64,000 bases of DNA from an uncultured Gammaproteobacteria bacterium (GCA_964608425.1 CAZSNN010000002.1:251-64250), one strand, 5' to 3'. Counted from the first letter of the stretch, positions 17,554 to 27,981 are shown. Notes: generated by a model not told the origin, from the letters alone. Numbers and translations: made by a program.

Positions 17554-18810
17554 ATGCTAGATATAAAAAAAATTAGAGAAGAAAAAAGCGAAGTTGAAAA
17601 ATCTTTAAGAAAGAGAATGGGGGACAAAGTCGTTCTAAATTTAGATTTAATTATTTCTTTGGACGATGATAGAAAAAAGATTATCCCTGAGTTAGAGGGT
17701 TTACAAGCTGAGAAAAATCAATTATCAAAAGTTAAGCCCGATGAAGAAACTATTAAAAAAATAAAAGAAAATAATGTTAATATTAAAAAATTAGAAGAAA
17801 ATTTATCAGAAATTGAAAATAAATTAAAAGAAGAATTGTCCTCTTTACCAAATCTAGTATCTGACGACGTAATTGCTGGAGGAAAAGAGAATAATAAGGT
17901 TACCTATACTTTTAAAGAAAAACCTAATTTCGATTTTAAACCAAAAAATCATGTTGATTTGGCTGAAGATTTGGATATTATAGATTACAAAAGAGCGGCT
18001 AAAATGTCAGGGGCTGGTTTTTGGATATATAAAGGTGACGGCGCTTTATTGGAATGGGCCTTATTAAATTATTTTATAAATTTTCATGTCAAAAATGGTT
18101 ATACTTTTTTAATTCCACCATTCTTATTAAATGAAGCCTCTGCCTATGCCTCTGGTCATTTACCAAAATTTGGCGAAGATCTTTTTTGGCTAAAAGATGA
18201 AAAAATGTGCTTAAATGCTACCGCCGAAATGATGTTAGGAAATTATCATCGTGACGAGGTTATTAAAGAAGATGATTTGCCTTTTAAATATATTGGTTAC
18301 TCAGCCTGTTTTCGAAGGGAGGCTGGTAGTTATCGTCAAGAAGAAAGAGGTATGATCCGCGGACATCAATTTAATAAAATTGAAATGTTTCAGTACACTA
18401 AGCCGGAAAACTCTTGGGAAGCCTTTGATGAAATGAAAAATCAGGCCATTGAATTATTACAAGGACTTGATTTGCATTTTCAGGTTAGTGATTTAGCTGC
18501 TGGAGATTGCTCCGCCGCTATGGCTAAGACCGTTGATTTGGAGGTTTATATTCCAAGCATGGAAATTTATAAAGAAGTTAGTTCCGCTTCTAATGCTCTA
18601 GACTATCAGGCTCGCCGAGGGAATATTAGGGTTAAGGGTGGTGATGGAAAAAACTATTTCCCTCATACCTTAAATGCCTCTGGTATGGCAACTTCTCGCT
18701 TAATTCCAGCCATATTAGAGCAGAATCAACAAACCGATGGTAGTATTATAATCCCAGAAGTTCTAAGGCCTTTTATGCCCGGCAATATTTCTATAATTAA
18801 GAAAAAATAA
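17554..18810 (+). CDS. serS: Serine--tRNA ligase
   Basis: N-terminal coiled-coil arm and class II motifs (FRREAGS, GHQFNKIEMF, TLNASGMATSR). Confidence 0.95.
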   Translation: MLDIKKIREEKSEVEKSLRKRMGDKVVLNLDLIISLDDDRKKIIPELEGLQAEKNQLSKVKPDEETIKKIKENNVNIKKLEENLSEIENKLKEELSSLPNLVSDDVIAGGKENNKVTYTFKEKPNFDFKPKNHVDLAEDLDIIDYKRAAKMSGAGFWIYKGDGALLEWALLNYFINFHVKNGYTFLIPPFLLNEASAYASGHLPKFGEDLFWLKDEKMCLNATAEMMLGNYHRDEVIKEDDLPFKYIGYSACFRREAGSYRQEERGMIRGHQFNKIEMFQYTKPENSWEAFDEMKNQAIELLQGLDLHFQVSDLAAGDCSAAMAKTVDLEVYIPSMEIYKEVSSASNALDYQARRGNIRVKGGDGKNYFPHTLNASGMATSRLIPAILEQNQQTDGSIIIPEVLRPFMPGNISIIKKK

Positions 18811-19748
18811 TGTTAACCAGAGTTATTTTAATTATTTTTTATTACAGTTTTTATTTATTATTTCCTTTCTTGGGTTTTTTATTTTGGAAATTGTTTCAGA
18901 GTAAAAAAATATCAATAGAAATAATTATTTTAATTATAATTTCTCTAATCTTAATTTGGTCTAGATTTATTGAGCCCAGCTACTTAAGTATAAAAAAATA
19001 TGATTTTAGTACCAAAGAAAAAGAATCTTTATCGAAAGAGTTAAAAATGGTAGTAATTTCTGACCTGCACCTTGGAGCTTATAATAATGATTTTTTTCTA
19101 AAAAGGGTTGTTAAAAAAATTAATAAAATAAATCCAGATATTGTTATTATTCCCGGTGATTTTAGTTATTATTTAGACGACAATAATATATATTCTACAT
19201 TTTCTGAGTTGAAAAATATTAAGGCTATTAAATTAGCGGTTTTAGGAAATCATGATTATGGAAAAGGGGAAAAAGATGTTTCCCAAAAATTAACCTCAAA
19301 TTTGGAAATGATAGGAGTGCTAATGTTAAATAATAAAACTAAAACCATTGAAATTAATGATTCTATTGTTAGATTGGTAGGGCTGGAAGATATTTGGGTG
19401 GGCTTACCAGATTATAGTATTTTAGAAAAAAATGATTTTGATAAACAAATAGATTTATCTGTTTTGGTTGCCCACAATCCTGATACTATTTATGATATTA
19501 AGGATTATTGCTCTGAAGAAAAAAAATGTTTTCAGTCTGATCTGATGATTTCTGGACATACTCATGCTGGGCAAATTAGATTGCCTTGGCTTTATAAGCA
19601 TGTAATTCCAAGTGCCTATGGCTTTAATAAGGGTTTTTATAATATTTTTGAAACCAATATTTTTGTTACCCCCGGAATAGGCAATGTTGTTTTACCACTA
19701 AGATTGTTTAATTTTCCTGAAATATCGGTAATAAATTTAAGATATTAA
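18810..19748 (+). CDS. Membrane-anchored calcineurin-like metallophosphoesterase (YkuE-like)
   Basis: N-terminal TM helices, then DLHLG, GDF, GNHD and GHTH motifs. Its start overlaps the serS stop (TAATG). Confidence 0.8.
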   Translation: MLTRVILIIFYYSFYLLFPFLGFLFWKLFQSKKISIEIIILIIISLILIWSRFIEPSYLSIKKYDFSTKEKESLSKELKMVVISDLHLGAYNNDFFLKRVVKKINKINPDIVIIPGDFSYYLDDNNIYSTFSELKNIKAIKLAVLGNHDYGKGEKDVSQKLTSNLEMIGVLMLNNKTKTIEINDSIVRLVGLEDIWVGLPDYSILEKNDFDKQIDLSVLVAHNPDTIYDIKDYCSEEKKCFQSDLMISGHTHAGQIRLPWLYKHVIPSAYGFNKGFYNIFETNIFVTPGIGNVVLPLRLFNFPEISVINLRY

Positions 19749-19758
19749 AAATTTAATC

Positions 19759-19787
19759 TTGCCAAATTTGTCTTTTTGTGTTATATT
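19759..19787 (+). promoter_or_regulatory. Candidate promoter
   Basis: TTGCCA (19759-19764), 17-nt spacer, TATATT (19782-19787). Confidence 0.45.
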
Positions 19788-19822
19788 GACTTAATATAAT
19801 TGATTAATTTTATCTTTTTAAA

Positions 19823-21877
19823 ATGACTAATTTTTTTAAAAAAATCGCTCCAGTAGCTCTATTATTAGTCTTTTTTTTGTTGCCAGAAAAATCTTCAGCT
19901 ATTACTACGACAAATATTTATCCCAAAACAGCTAATTATTTCTTAAAATGGAATATTGCTGATTATGAAGTCCCAGAATTGGCTAAATGGGATCTTTTAA
20001 TTTTGGATATGGAAGTTCAAGAAAATAGCCGATCCAATTTAAAAAAAATTAGGCAATTGAATCCAGATGTCATAATTTTGGCTTATATTACTTCGCAGGA
20101 GGCTAATGCTAATATTTATTCAAATCAATGGAGCCAATATGCTAGTTTAAGAAAAAAATTGGTAAATAATATTGATAGTGGTTGGTGGCTCAAAGATAAA
20201 AATGGTAATAGAACTAGTTTTTGGGATGGAACCTATTTATTGAATGTTAGCGATGGGGCTAAAACCAATTCTAAGGGTCAAAGATGGAATGATTATTTAC
20301 CAGAATTTGTAAAAAACGAAATAATTTCCACTGGCCTATGGGATGGGATTTTTTATGATAATATTTGGGGTGATATTTGTTGGGTTAATGGAAATTTGGA
20401 TATAAACAACGAAGGACAAGTTAAATCTATAACTTATATTAATAATAGTTGGTCAGATGGAGTAAAAAAAATGCTCAAAAAAACTAGAGATTTGATTGGT
20501 AATAATTATTTAATTTTGGGCAACGGTAAAGTTTATGATGGCTATCAAGGCCTTTTAAACGGAGTTATGTTTGAAGGTTTTCCTCCTTCTTGGGAGAGTA
20601 ATGGTGATTGGGGTGGAATAATCTCAACCTATTCTCGTGTAAAAAATAGTAATAATAATCCTAATATTACTGTTATCAATTCTTATAGTAGCAATAGGCA
20701 AAATTATCAATTAATGAGATTTGGCCTAACCAGCACTTTAATGGAAAATCATGGATATTTTAGTTTTGACTTTAGCAATTCCGACCACGGACAAGTTTGG
20801 TGGTACGATGAATACGATGTTAATTTGGGCCGGGCTCAATCAGCTCCCTATAATATCTTGGACAGAGGTAATACTACTTATAAAAATGGTTTATGGCGAA
20901 GAGATTTTGAGGAGGGTATAGCTATAGTTAATTCTACTAATAAAGAACAATTATATGTTTTTAGTCAGGAAGAATTTGAAAAAATAAACGGAACACAGGA
21001 TCGAAGTGTTAATAACGGAAGTATTATAAATTATGTAAAGATAAAACCAAACGACGGAATTATTTTATTAAAAAGATCGTCTAGCGTTGGTACAGTAAAA
21101 AATAATAGTTTTAATAATGGTGATTTTATTAGGGTTTTTGGTCAAGATGGAAAGCAAACTCGTTCTGGTTTTTTTGCTTACCTAGATGCTTATCCAGCCA
21201 ATTCCCAAATTTTAATTAGTGATATTGATAATGATAAGCAAGAAGAAACTCTCGTTAATAGTCGTGGAGTTATTTCTATCTATAAAAATAATATTAAAAT
21301 TAGAGAATTTAGACCGTATGATGGTAAATTTACTGGAGAAATTTCCTTTGCTGTGGCAGATTTAGATGGTGATGGTCACAAAGAAATAATTACTGGAGCT
21401 GGACAGGGTGGCGGGCCTCACGTTAGAGTTTTTAATAAAGATGGTAAGCCATTAATCGGTGGTTTTTTTGCTTATGATAAAAATTTTCGAGGTGGAGTTA
21501 GAGTAGCTGTGATGGACTTGGATGGAGACGGAACTAAAGAAATAATTACGGCTGCCGGGACCGGTGGCGGACCTCATATCCGAGTTTTTAATAAAGATGG
21601 TAAATCCTTAATTGGAGGTTTTTTTGCTTATGACAAAAATTTTCGAGGAGGAGTTTCTCTGGCAATAGGTGATATTAATGGAGATGGACAGAAAGAAATA
21701 ATAACTGCCCCTGGACCAGGGGGAAGTCCTGAAGTTAAAATTTTCAATAAAGATGGGCGGTTTTTAAAATCTTTTTTAGCTTATGAAACCAGCTTTACTT
21801 CCGGACTTAGAGTAATGGCCGATGATATGGATAATAATAAAATTGATGAGATTTTGGTTGGAACAATAAGCTTTTAA
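19823..21877 (+). CDS. Secreted protein: glycoside-hydrolase-like TIM-barrel N-domain (GH114/GHL15-like) + FG-GAP/VCBS repeats
   Basis: It has a signal peptide. The N-terminal pattern WDLLILDMEV...NPDVIILAYITSQEA resembles GH114/GHL families. The C-terminus has at least 3 repeats of DLDGDGxKEIITxAGxGGGPHVRVFNKDGK (FG-GAP type). Confidence 0.6.
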   Translation: MTNFFKKIAPVALLLVFFLLPEKSSAITTTNIYPKTANYFLKWNIADYEVPELAKWDLLILDMEVQENSRSNLKKIRQLNPDVIILAYITSQEANANIYSNQWSQYASLRKKLVNNIDSGWWLKDKNGNRTSFWDGTYLLNVSDGAKTNSKGQRWNDYLPEFVKNEIISTGLWDGIFYDNIWGDICWVNGNLDINNEGQVKSITYINNSWSDGVKKMLKKTRDLIGNNYLILGNGKVYDGYQGLLNGVMFEGFPPSWESNGDWGGIISTYSRVKNSNNNPNITVINSYSSNRQNYQLMRFGLTSTLMENHGYFSFDFSNSDHGQVWWYDEYDVNLGRAQSAPYNILDRGNTTYKNGLWRRDFEEGIAIVNSTNKEQLYVFSQEEFEKINGTQDRSVNNGSIINYVKIKPNDGIILLKRSSSVGTVKNNSFNNGDFIRVFGQDGKQTRSGFFAYLDAYPANSQILISDIDNDKQEETLVNSRGVISIYKNNIKIREFRPYDGKFTGEISFAVADLDGDGHKEIITGAGQGGGPHVRVFNKDGKPLIGGFFAYDKNFRGGVRVAVMDLDGDGTKEIITAAGTGGGPHIRVFNKDGKSLIGGFFAYDKNFRGGVSLAIGDINGDGQKEIITAPGPGGSPEVKIFNKDGRFLKSFLAYETSFTSGLRVMADDMDNNKIDEILVGTISF
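21356..21840 (+). repeat. Tandem 174-bp (58-codon) coding repeats (FG-GAP units)
   Basis: Units start near 21356, 21530 and 21704. The first two are highly similar at DNA level, for example GGACCTCATATCCGAGTTTTTAATAAAGATGGTAA versus GGGCCTCACGTTAGAGTTTTTAATAAAGATGGTAA. Confidence 0.8.
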
Positions 21878-21925
21878 ATTGATTTAAATCATTAAATAAA
21901 CTATAATATATATAATAATAAAAAT

Positions 21926-23815
21926 ATGAAAAAAGAAAAAAATAACAAAAAGATGGACGAAAAATTTGTTAGTCAAGAAAATGGAGGTTTAGAAGTTATT
22001 CCACCAAATAGTGATATCGGAGCAATTAATTCTAGTATTATTGAACCAGCCGAATCTGATAATGCTGTTAGTATTGATAAAGAGAAGGTTAATGTTAAAA
22101 AAAGCGGTAATTTAGTTGTAGGAAATTTGAATTTAGTTTTAAATCCAATTAAAAAAAGGAGTGAAAAATATTATAAAGAAAATATTTGGCACTTAATTGC
22201 TGATATTTTTTTAGTTTTACTGATAACTGCTTTAATTTTATTTTTATTTCTTTTTAACAAAACTAAAAACAGGGATAATATTTCGTTGAATGTTAAGCCT
22301 AGCTCCGAAGAAATTGTGACTGGCTCTTTAATTACTTTTGAATTAGGATATAAATCTAATATTGAAGCCAGTAATAGTGTTGTGAGCGTCTCATTGCCAG
22401 AAAATTTTATACTTGAGTCGGTGTCTCCTAATAACTTATTTGATGCGACTAATAATTCCTTTAACTTAGGTAATTTAGACGTTAATTCAAATGGGAAAAT
22501 AAAAATAAATGGCTTAATACAGGGGGATATAAATGATCATCAAACTATTTCTTTTAATTTTAATTGTGCTCAGTGTGGCCGCAATGGTTTTAATAACTCT
22601 TATATTTATAGTATAGAAAAACAAGCCATCGATCTCTTGGCTGATGTTAGTAAAAATCTATACCTAAATGCTGAATTTGATGGAAAATTATTAATAAAAA
22701 ATAATTCCAATAATATACTAGAAAATATAAAAATAAATTTTGGAAATGATATTGAAATTAAAAAATCTGATTATTTAATTGAAAAAGGGGAAATGATTAT
22801 TGATAATTTAGCAGCTCAAGAAGAAAAAACTATTGATTTTATAGCTATTCCTAAAAAAGAGGGAGAAATTATTGTAATTCCTAAAATAAACTTAAATTCC
22901 TTTGAGCAGGAATTCTCTTTATTGGGGCAGGAATTTTCTTCTCTTGTTAAATCTCCTAGTTTAAGTTTGTCGATAAATAGTGATAAAAAAAATATAGTTT
23001 TAGGTGAGAAAATAAAATATTCTATAAATTACAAAAACGAAGGAACGGAATCTTTGAAAAATATTCAAATAAATTTAATTTCTGGTAACCCTAATTTCTC
23101 TATAGTTTCAATAAATAGCGACAACTTGAAAAATTCAAAAATAAATAATAATTCTCTCGTTATCTATGATCTATTACCACAAGAGTCTGGCTCTATTAAC
23201 CTAGAGGTTTTGTTTGACCAAAGGCAGGTTAATGCTAATCAAGAATTGTTTTTAAAAGCCAACCTAGAATATCAGATTGCTGACCAGGTTATTAAATATT
23301 CTTTAAATTCGGAAAAAAACAAGATGATATCTCAGGTTTCAGCCCTGGTTGGAGTTTATTATTATAGCCCTCAAGGAGATCAATTGGGTGTTGGACCTCT
23401 ACCTCCTGCTATTGATATGGCTACAAATTATTGGGTTTTTTTAGAATTTAATAATTCTGGTAATGATTTAGAAAATTTTTCTTTAACAGCCGAATTACCA
23501 GAGAACGTTTATTTTTCCGATAATAAAAGAGTCTTGGATGGTAGTTTGATATATGGAGAAATTGGTAAGAGATTAATTTGGGAAATACCAGAAATGTCCG
23601 GAGGAACTAACAAATATAGGGCTAGTTTTGAAATAACTTTAATCCCAGAAGAAAATAACTTAGGAAAGGTTTTAAATTTATTAGAAAATATTAAATTTAC
23701 TGTTAATGATAAATTTGTTGGGCAGGAATTGTCAGGTAATTTAAAAAATCTTGATACTAATTTGGAAAGCGATAAATTATCTAGCGGAAAGGGGCGAGTT
23801 GTAAATATAAGATAA
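21926..23815 (+). CDS. Membrane-anchored surface protein with DUF11/CARDB-like beta-sandwich repeats
   Basis: 629 aa with one TM helix (LIADIFLVLLITALILFLFLF). The ectodomain has repeated segments of the type Y-x-I-x-Y-K-N-x-G. No catalytic motif. Confidence 0.5.
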   Translation: MKKEKNNKKMDEKFVSQENGGLEVIPPNSDIGAINSSIIEPAESDNAVSIDKEKVNVKKSGNLVVGNLNLVLNPIKKRSEKYYKENIWHLIADIFLVLLITALILFLFLFNKTKNRDNISLNVKPSSEEIVTGSLITFELGYKSNIEASNSVVSVSLPENFILESVSPNNLFDATNNSFNLGNLDVNSNGKIKINGLIQGDINDHQTISFNFNCAQCGRNGFNNSYIYSIEKQAIDLLADVSKNLYLNAEFDGKLLIKNNSNNILENIKINFGNDIEIKKSDYLIEKGEMIIDNLAAQEEKTIDFIAIPKKEGEIIVIPKINLNSFEQEFSLLGQEFSSLVKSPSLSLSINSDKKNIVLGEKIKYSINYKNEGTESLKNIQINLISGNPNFSIVSINSDNLKNSKINNNSLVIYDLLPQESGSINLEVLFDQRQVNANQELFLKANLEYQIADQVIKYSLNSEKNKMISQVSALVGVYYYSPQGDQLGVGPLPPAIDMATNYWVFLEFNNSGNDLENFSLTAELPENVYFSDNKRVLDGSLIYGEIGKRLIWEIPEMSGGTNKYRASFEITLIPEENNLGKVLNLLENIKFTVNDKFVGQELSGNLKNLDTNLESDKLSSGKGRVVNIR

Positions 23816-24969
23816 TGTCTATGATTGAATCTCTAAAAAGAATAATAAAACCAAGATATCAAACTCTAAACAAGATTGAAATATTAAAAGATAATTTAAT
23901 ACATAACTTAAATTATCTTTATTCTTTGCAAGAGCAAGCTGAAATTTTTCCAGTTTTAAAGTCCAACGCTTATGGCCACGGATTAAAAGAGGTTTCCAGT
24001 ATTTTAAATAAAACCAGGGTCAAGATGGTGGCAGTTGATTCTTTTCCAGAGGCTCAAATTGTTTATAAACACTTCAATAGAAATGTATTAATACTAAACG
24101 AAATGCCTCTCAGGGCCTATAAATATTCTAAGCTTCAAAGAACTGAGTTTGTAGTTTATAATCAAGAGACTTTAAAACATCTAGCTAAAAAATTTGGTAA
24201 AAAGATAAAAGTACATTTATTCTTAAATACCGGAATGAATAGAGAGGGGATTGATGATTTAGATATTTTTATTAAAGATAATCTAAAATATTTAGAAAAG
24301 GTAAATATAACCGGATTTTGCTCTCACTTAGCCGAATCTGACAATCCTAATAGTGATTTTAATAAATATCAAGAAAAAATCTTCTTATTGGGACTAGAAA
24401 CTCTAAATAAGTATAAAATTTACCCCAAATGGGTTCATTTAGGTAATTCTGGTGGAGTATTTTTACTAAAAAACAATCGACTTAATTCTTTTAGGCCTGG
24501 CCTATCTTTTTATGGATATAGCCCTTTTGAGGGTGAGAATCTTAGTAATCTAACAGCTAATTTAAAACCAGCCCTAAGGGTCTTCTCCACTATAACATCT
24601 CTTCATAAGATTAAGGCCGGAGAAAGGGTTTCTTATGGCGACAGTTTTAGAGCTGAACAAGATCTAAACATAGCCATAATACCTTTTGGATACTTTGAAG
24701 GCCTGGATAGAAGATTTTCTAATTGTGCAAAATTTTTATTCACTAATAAAAACGAGGTTTTTTGGGGTAAAATAGCTGGAAAAGTTTGCATGAATCTTAC
24801 TTGTATAAATTGTTTGGACAGGGAAGTGAAGCTCGGTGATGAAATTAAATTGATTTCTGAAATAAAAGATATGGACAATTCTATAGAAAGCTTAAGTAAA
24901 AAAATAGATATTTTAAATTACGAAATGCTTATAAGATTAAATTCTGGAATAAAAAAAATAGTTATTTAA
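23815..24969 (+). CDS. alr: Alanine racemase
   Basis: PLP-lysine motif VLKSNAYGHGL, later SHLA and a C-terminal beta-domain. Its start overlaps the upstream stop (TAATG). Confidence 0.85.
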   Translation: MSMIESLKRIIKPRYQTLNKIEILKDNLIHNLNYLYSLQEQAEIFPVLKSNAYGHGLKEVSSILNKTRVKMVAVDSFPEAQIVYKHFNRNVLILNEMPLRAYKYSKLQRTEFVVYNQETLKHLAKKFGKKIKVHLFLNTGMNREGIDDLDIFIKDNLKYLEKVNITGFCSHLAESDNPNSDFNKYQEKIFLLGLETLNKYKIYPKWVHLGNSGGVFLLKNNRLNSFRPGLSFYGYSPFEGENLSNLTANLKPALRVFSTITSLHKIKAGERVSYGDSFRAEQDLNIAIIPFGYFEGLDRRFSNCAKFLFTNKNEVFWGKIAGKVCMNLTCINCLDREVKLGDEIKLISEIKDMDNSIESLSKKIDILNYEMLIRLNSGIKKIVI

Positions 24970-24980
24970 ATATATAATTT

Positions 24981-25982
24981 ATGAGGCCAAAAACTAAAAC
25001 AAATTATTCTTTTTCTGAAAGAAATAAAAAAACCTTTTCTGGATCCTTTAGAGGGCCCAAAAAAGAAAGTGAATTTAATATTCTTTGGCTTTTTTTAGTG
25101 GCCATAATAGCAATACTAATCATGCCAATTATCTTAATATTCTCTAATTTTTTTAATATTAAGAATATTAGTATAAACGGATTAATAAAAATAGATCAAA
25201 AAGAAGTAGAAAATATAGTCTTAGAGCAAAAAAACAACAAAAAATTCCTTATAAAGCAAGAAAATCTGGTATTTTTTAATAAAAATGACCTAATTAAATC
25301 ACTGGAAGTATATAATTTCAAAAACGTTTATGTTCAAAAAAAACTTTTAAAGAGATCTTTAAATATAAATATAGAGGAAAGAACTCAATCTTTTATTTTT
25401 CTTGAGAATAATATTTATTTTTTTACTGATTCTAATGGTTATGTGATAGACTATTCTTATAATTGTAATTATATAGCTGATCTTAAAAATAGAGTTAATC
25501 CTGTTATTGAGCTTAATTCTTCTAGTACTGAAGAAAATACAATAGTTGACCAAGTTGATGACAGCGCTAATAATGAAGAATATGAGCAAATTATCGCTAA
25601 AAATTCTGATAATTGTTTATTGATAGATGAAAATTATAAGAAAGAAAATTTATATCCAATAATAGAAAATATTGGTAAAGATAAGGTTAACGATGGCAAA
25701 AAAAATATTAAATTAGATCAAGAATATATAGATTTTGTTGTTAAATTATACAACGATATTGATATTAGCGGCAATTTTGGCCTCAAAAACGTCATTTTAG
25801 ACGAGGAGTATAATACTGTCAAAATTAAGCTAAATAACGACCTAGAGGTCTATTTTAGCTTTAAAAATGAGTATTCCGACCAGATATCTCGCTTTTTTGT
25901 GTTAAAAAAGGAGCTAGGGGAAGGTTTAAGTGGTAAAAAATACATAGATTTAAGATATGGAGATAAGATTTTTTATTATTAA
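24981..25982 (+). CDS. ftsQ: FtsQ/DivIB-like cell-division protein (POTRA domain)
   Basis: Basic cytoplasmic N-terminus, a single TM, then a POTRA-like IKNISINGLIKIDQKEVENIV. The C-terminal domain is divergent. Confidence 0.5.
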   Translation: MRPKTKTNYSFSERNKKTFSGSFRGPKKESEFNILWLFLVAIIAILIMPIILIFSNFFNIKNISINGLIKIDQKEVENIVLEQKNNKKFLIKQENLVFFNKNDLIKSLEVYNFKNVYVQKKLLKRSLNINIEERTQSFIFLENNIYFFTDSNGYVIDYSYNCNYIADLKNRVNPVIELNSSSTEENTIVDQVDDSANNEEYEQIIAKNSDNCLLIDENYKKENLYPIIENIGKDKVNDGKKNIKLDQEYIDFVVKLYNDIDISGNFGLKNVILDEEYNTVKIKLNNDLEVYFSFKNEYSDQISRFFVLKKELGEGLSGKKYIDLRYGDKIFYY

Positions 25983-25993
25983 TTATAAATAAT

Positions 25994-26137
25994 ATGGGTG
26001 AAGGAGCTTTTAAATTTGTTTTTATTTTGGCTATTTTTATTTTTTGTTTAGTCACAATAGGAATATTTTTAATTATTTTAAAAATATTACTTTTATTTAC
26101 TCCAGAAATAAATATAATGGGATTAAGTATAGTTTAG
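25994..26137 (+). CDS. Possible 47-aa small membrane protein (below the ORF-track cutoff)
   Basis: The ATG at 25994 gives MGEGAFKFVFILAIFIFCLVTIGIFLIILKILLLFTPEINIMGLSIV, with a stop at 26135-26137. It has one strong TM helix and lies 11 nt after ftsQ. Confidence 0.3.
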   Translation: MGEGAFKFVFILAIFIFCLVTIGIFLIILKILLLFTPEINIMGLSIV

Positions 26138-26155
26138 GCACGAGAAGCTTAAAGC

Positions 26156-26184
26156 TTGAATTAATTGTATTAATTAGGTATTAT
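26156..26184 (+). promoter_or_regulatory. Candidate promoter of the Xer recombinase gene
   Basis: TTGAAT (26156-26161), 17-nt spacer, TATTAT (26179-26184). Confidence 0.45.
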
Positions 26185-26237
26185 ATAATATATAAGGTTA
26201 ATTAATATACATAATAAGAAGTAAGAGATATCAAATT

Positions 26238-27209
26238 ATGTCTACTACCCCAGGCACTAAGCCTATAATAAAACATTTAACTGACTTTTTAAACTATTGC
26301 GAGATAGAGAAAGGTTTGGCTAATAAGACTCAAGAAAACTATTCTAGATTTCTAGGAGATTTTTTTTCCTGGTTAAAAAATAATAGACTCGAAACTTTAA
26401 AGCCTAAGGATTTATCCGATGAACACATTTGGAGATATCGATTATATCTATCTAGGAATAAAAGTATTAGAACTAAAACCGAATTAAAGAAAGTTACGCA
26501 AAATTTATATTTAATTGCCTTAAGATCGTTATTGGAATATTTTTTAGAAAAGGATATTACCTCCCTGCCTCCTAGCAAAATAAAATTAGCTAAAGATACC
26601 AGAGATAAAGAGATTAATTTTTTAAATTTATCACAAGTAGAAAAATTATTAGATTCTCCTGATATTAGCACAAAGCAAGGAATGCGTGACAGAGCTATAC
26701 TTGAAACATTCTTCTCTACTGGATTACGTGTTCAGGAATTGGTTAATTTGAATAGAGATCAAATTAAGATTGATAAAAACACAGAAGATCTAGAAATTGT
26801 TGTCGTTGGCAAAGGTGGTAAAGTTAGAACTGTTTATTTTTCAAAAAGGGCCGTTCATTGGTTAAAAAAATATCTTGATTCTAGATTTGATATCGATGAA
26901 GCTCTATTTATTAATTATTGGAAACCAGCTCAAAATTCAGACAAATCAAGAAGACTAACTGTCAAAAGTGTTGATAATATAGTTAAAAAGTATGTAAAAA
27001 TAGCTGGATTACCAATAATGACAACCCCTCATACCCTTAGACACTCTTTCGCCACAGATTTACTCTCCCAAGGAGTTGATTTAAGATTAGTCCAAGAATT
27101 TTTAGGCCATAAAAATATCGCTACTACTCAAATATATACCCATGTTACAAAAAAACAATTGAGAGATATACATAGAAAGATTCACTCTCAAAGAAGTTTT
27201 GAAAAATAA
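26238..27209 (+). CDS. XerC/XerD-family tyrosine recombinase
   Basis: N-terminal SAM-like domain and catalytic residues in RDRAILETFFSTGLRVQE, HTLRHSFAT, LGHKNIATTQIYTHV. Confidence 0.85.
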   Translation: MSTTPGTKPIIKHLTDFLNYCEIEKGLANKTQENYSRFLGDFFSWLKNNRLETLKPKDLSDEHIWRYRLYLSRNKSIRTKTELKKVTQNLYLIALRSLLEYFLEKDITSLPPSKIKLAKDTRDKEINFLNLSQVEKLLDSPDISTKQGMRDRAILETFFSTGLRVQELVNLNRDQIKIDKNTEDLEIVVVGKGGKVRTVYFSKRAVHWLKKYLDSRFDIDEALFINYWKPAQNSDKSRRLTVKSVDNIVKKYVKIAGLPIMTTPHTLRHSFATDLLSQGVDLRLVQEFLGHKNIATTQIYTHVTKKQLRDIHRKIHSQRSFEK

Positions 27210-27262
27210 TATTTTTAAACTAAAAAATAATTTATAAATTTATCATAATTAATTAAAAATCT

Positions 27263-27958
27263 ATGTTTAATAAAAAATTATTTTTGTTATTATTCATAAC
27301 AATTTTTCTATCTGCTTGTTCTGGCAATAGAGCAAACAACAACCTCTCTTCTTACAATCTTTTTAATGATAATTCAGAAGAATTAGCTTCAGGAAGTGAT
27401 TTTGTAGGAATAGAAGAGAATCGGGAAAGTAAATTAACTAATGAAAATATAAACCAACTTAAAGATTATCAAAATATTTATGTTTCTAAAAATTTAAATA
27501 TTAGATTTCTTTATGCCAAAAAAGACCCACTTTATAATCAAGATTGTGAAATATCAGAAAAAGATAATACTATTTATAATTCTTGTGGATATAGCGTAGA
27601 AGTGGCAAGGAAAGATCCTGAATTAAGCAACTTGGAAGTTGTTAACAGCCTCATAAAAACAGAAAATCAAGATTATTGTGAAATATTAGAAAAATATGAC
27701 AATAATTTTAAAAATACCTACCAAATATTACCAATTTATGATAAGATACCTGACAACTTGAGTGATATTTTTGATATTTGCGGAAAATATACTAGTCATT
27801 ACTTAAGTAATCAATATAAGCTTTTTTTTGATCCCGAGTATTTAAATTATTTTTTAATAATTAAATATGGAGGTCATGAGCCACAGGGGGTCTTGGATAT
27901 TCTAGATGATGGTTCCCTAAAATATTGGTTTGAAACAATAGAATTTATTAATAAATAA
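27263..27958 (+). CDS. Lipoprotein, function unknown
   Basis: Signal peptide ending in the classic lipobox FLSAC. 231 aa. Confidence 0.6.
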   Translation: MFNKKLFLLLFITIFLSACSGNRANNNLSSYNLFNDNSEELASGSDFVGIEENRESKLTNENINQLKDYQNIYVSKNLNIRFLYAKKDPLYNQDCEISEKDNTIYNSCGYSVEVARKDPELSNLEVVNSLIKTENQDYCEILEKYDNNFKNTYQILPIYDKIPDNLSDIFDICGKYTSHYLSNQYKLFFDPEYLNYFLIIKYGGHEPQGVLDILDDGSLKYWFETIEFINK

Positions 27959-27981
27959 CAATAATAATTAATATAACAATT

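Noticed and set aside
21356-21840. Tandem repeats (here and at 53592-53785) as possible CRISPR arrays.
   Set aside because: - Both lie inside long ORFs.
- Their unit lengths (174 and 84 bp) are multiples of three, with no unique spacers.
- The repeats translate into protein repeats.
- There are no cas genes in the window.
25861-26055. 64-aa minus-strand ORF at the ftsQ 3' end.
   Set aside because: It is antisense to the end of ftsQ and to the small plus-strand membrane ORF. It has no motif, and the plus-strand interpretation is more parsimonious.
26238-27209. The tyrosine recombinase as the integrase of a mobile element.
   Set aside because: - It has the full XerC/XerD-type catalytic signature and a typical length.
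- I could find no flanking direct repeats, tRNA target, excisionase or phage/plasmid genes.
- The neighbouring genes have backbone composition.
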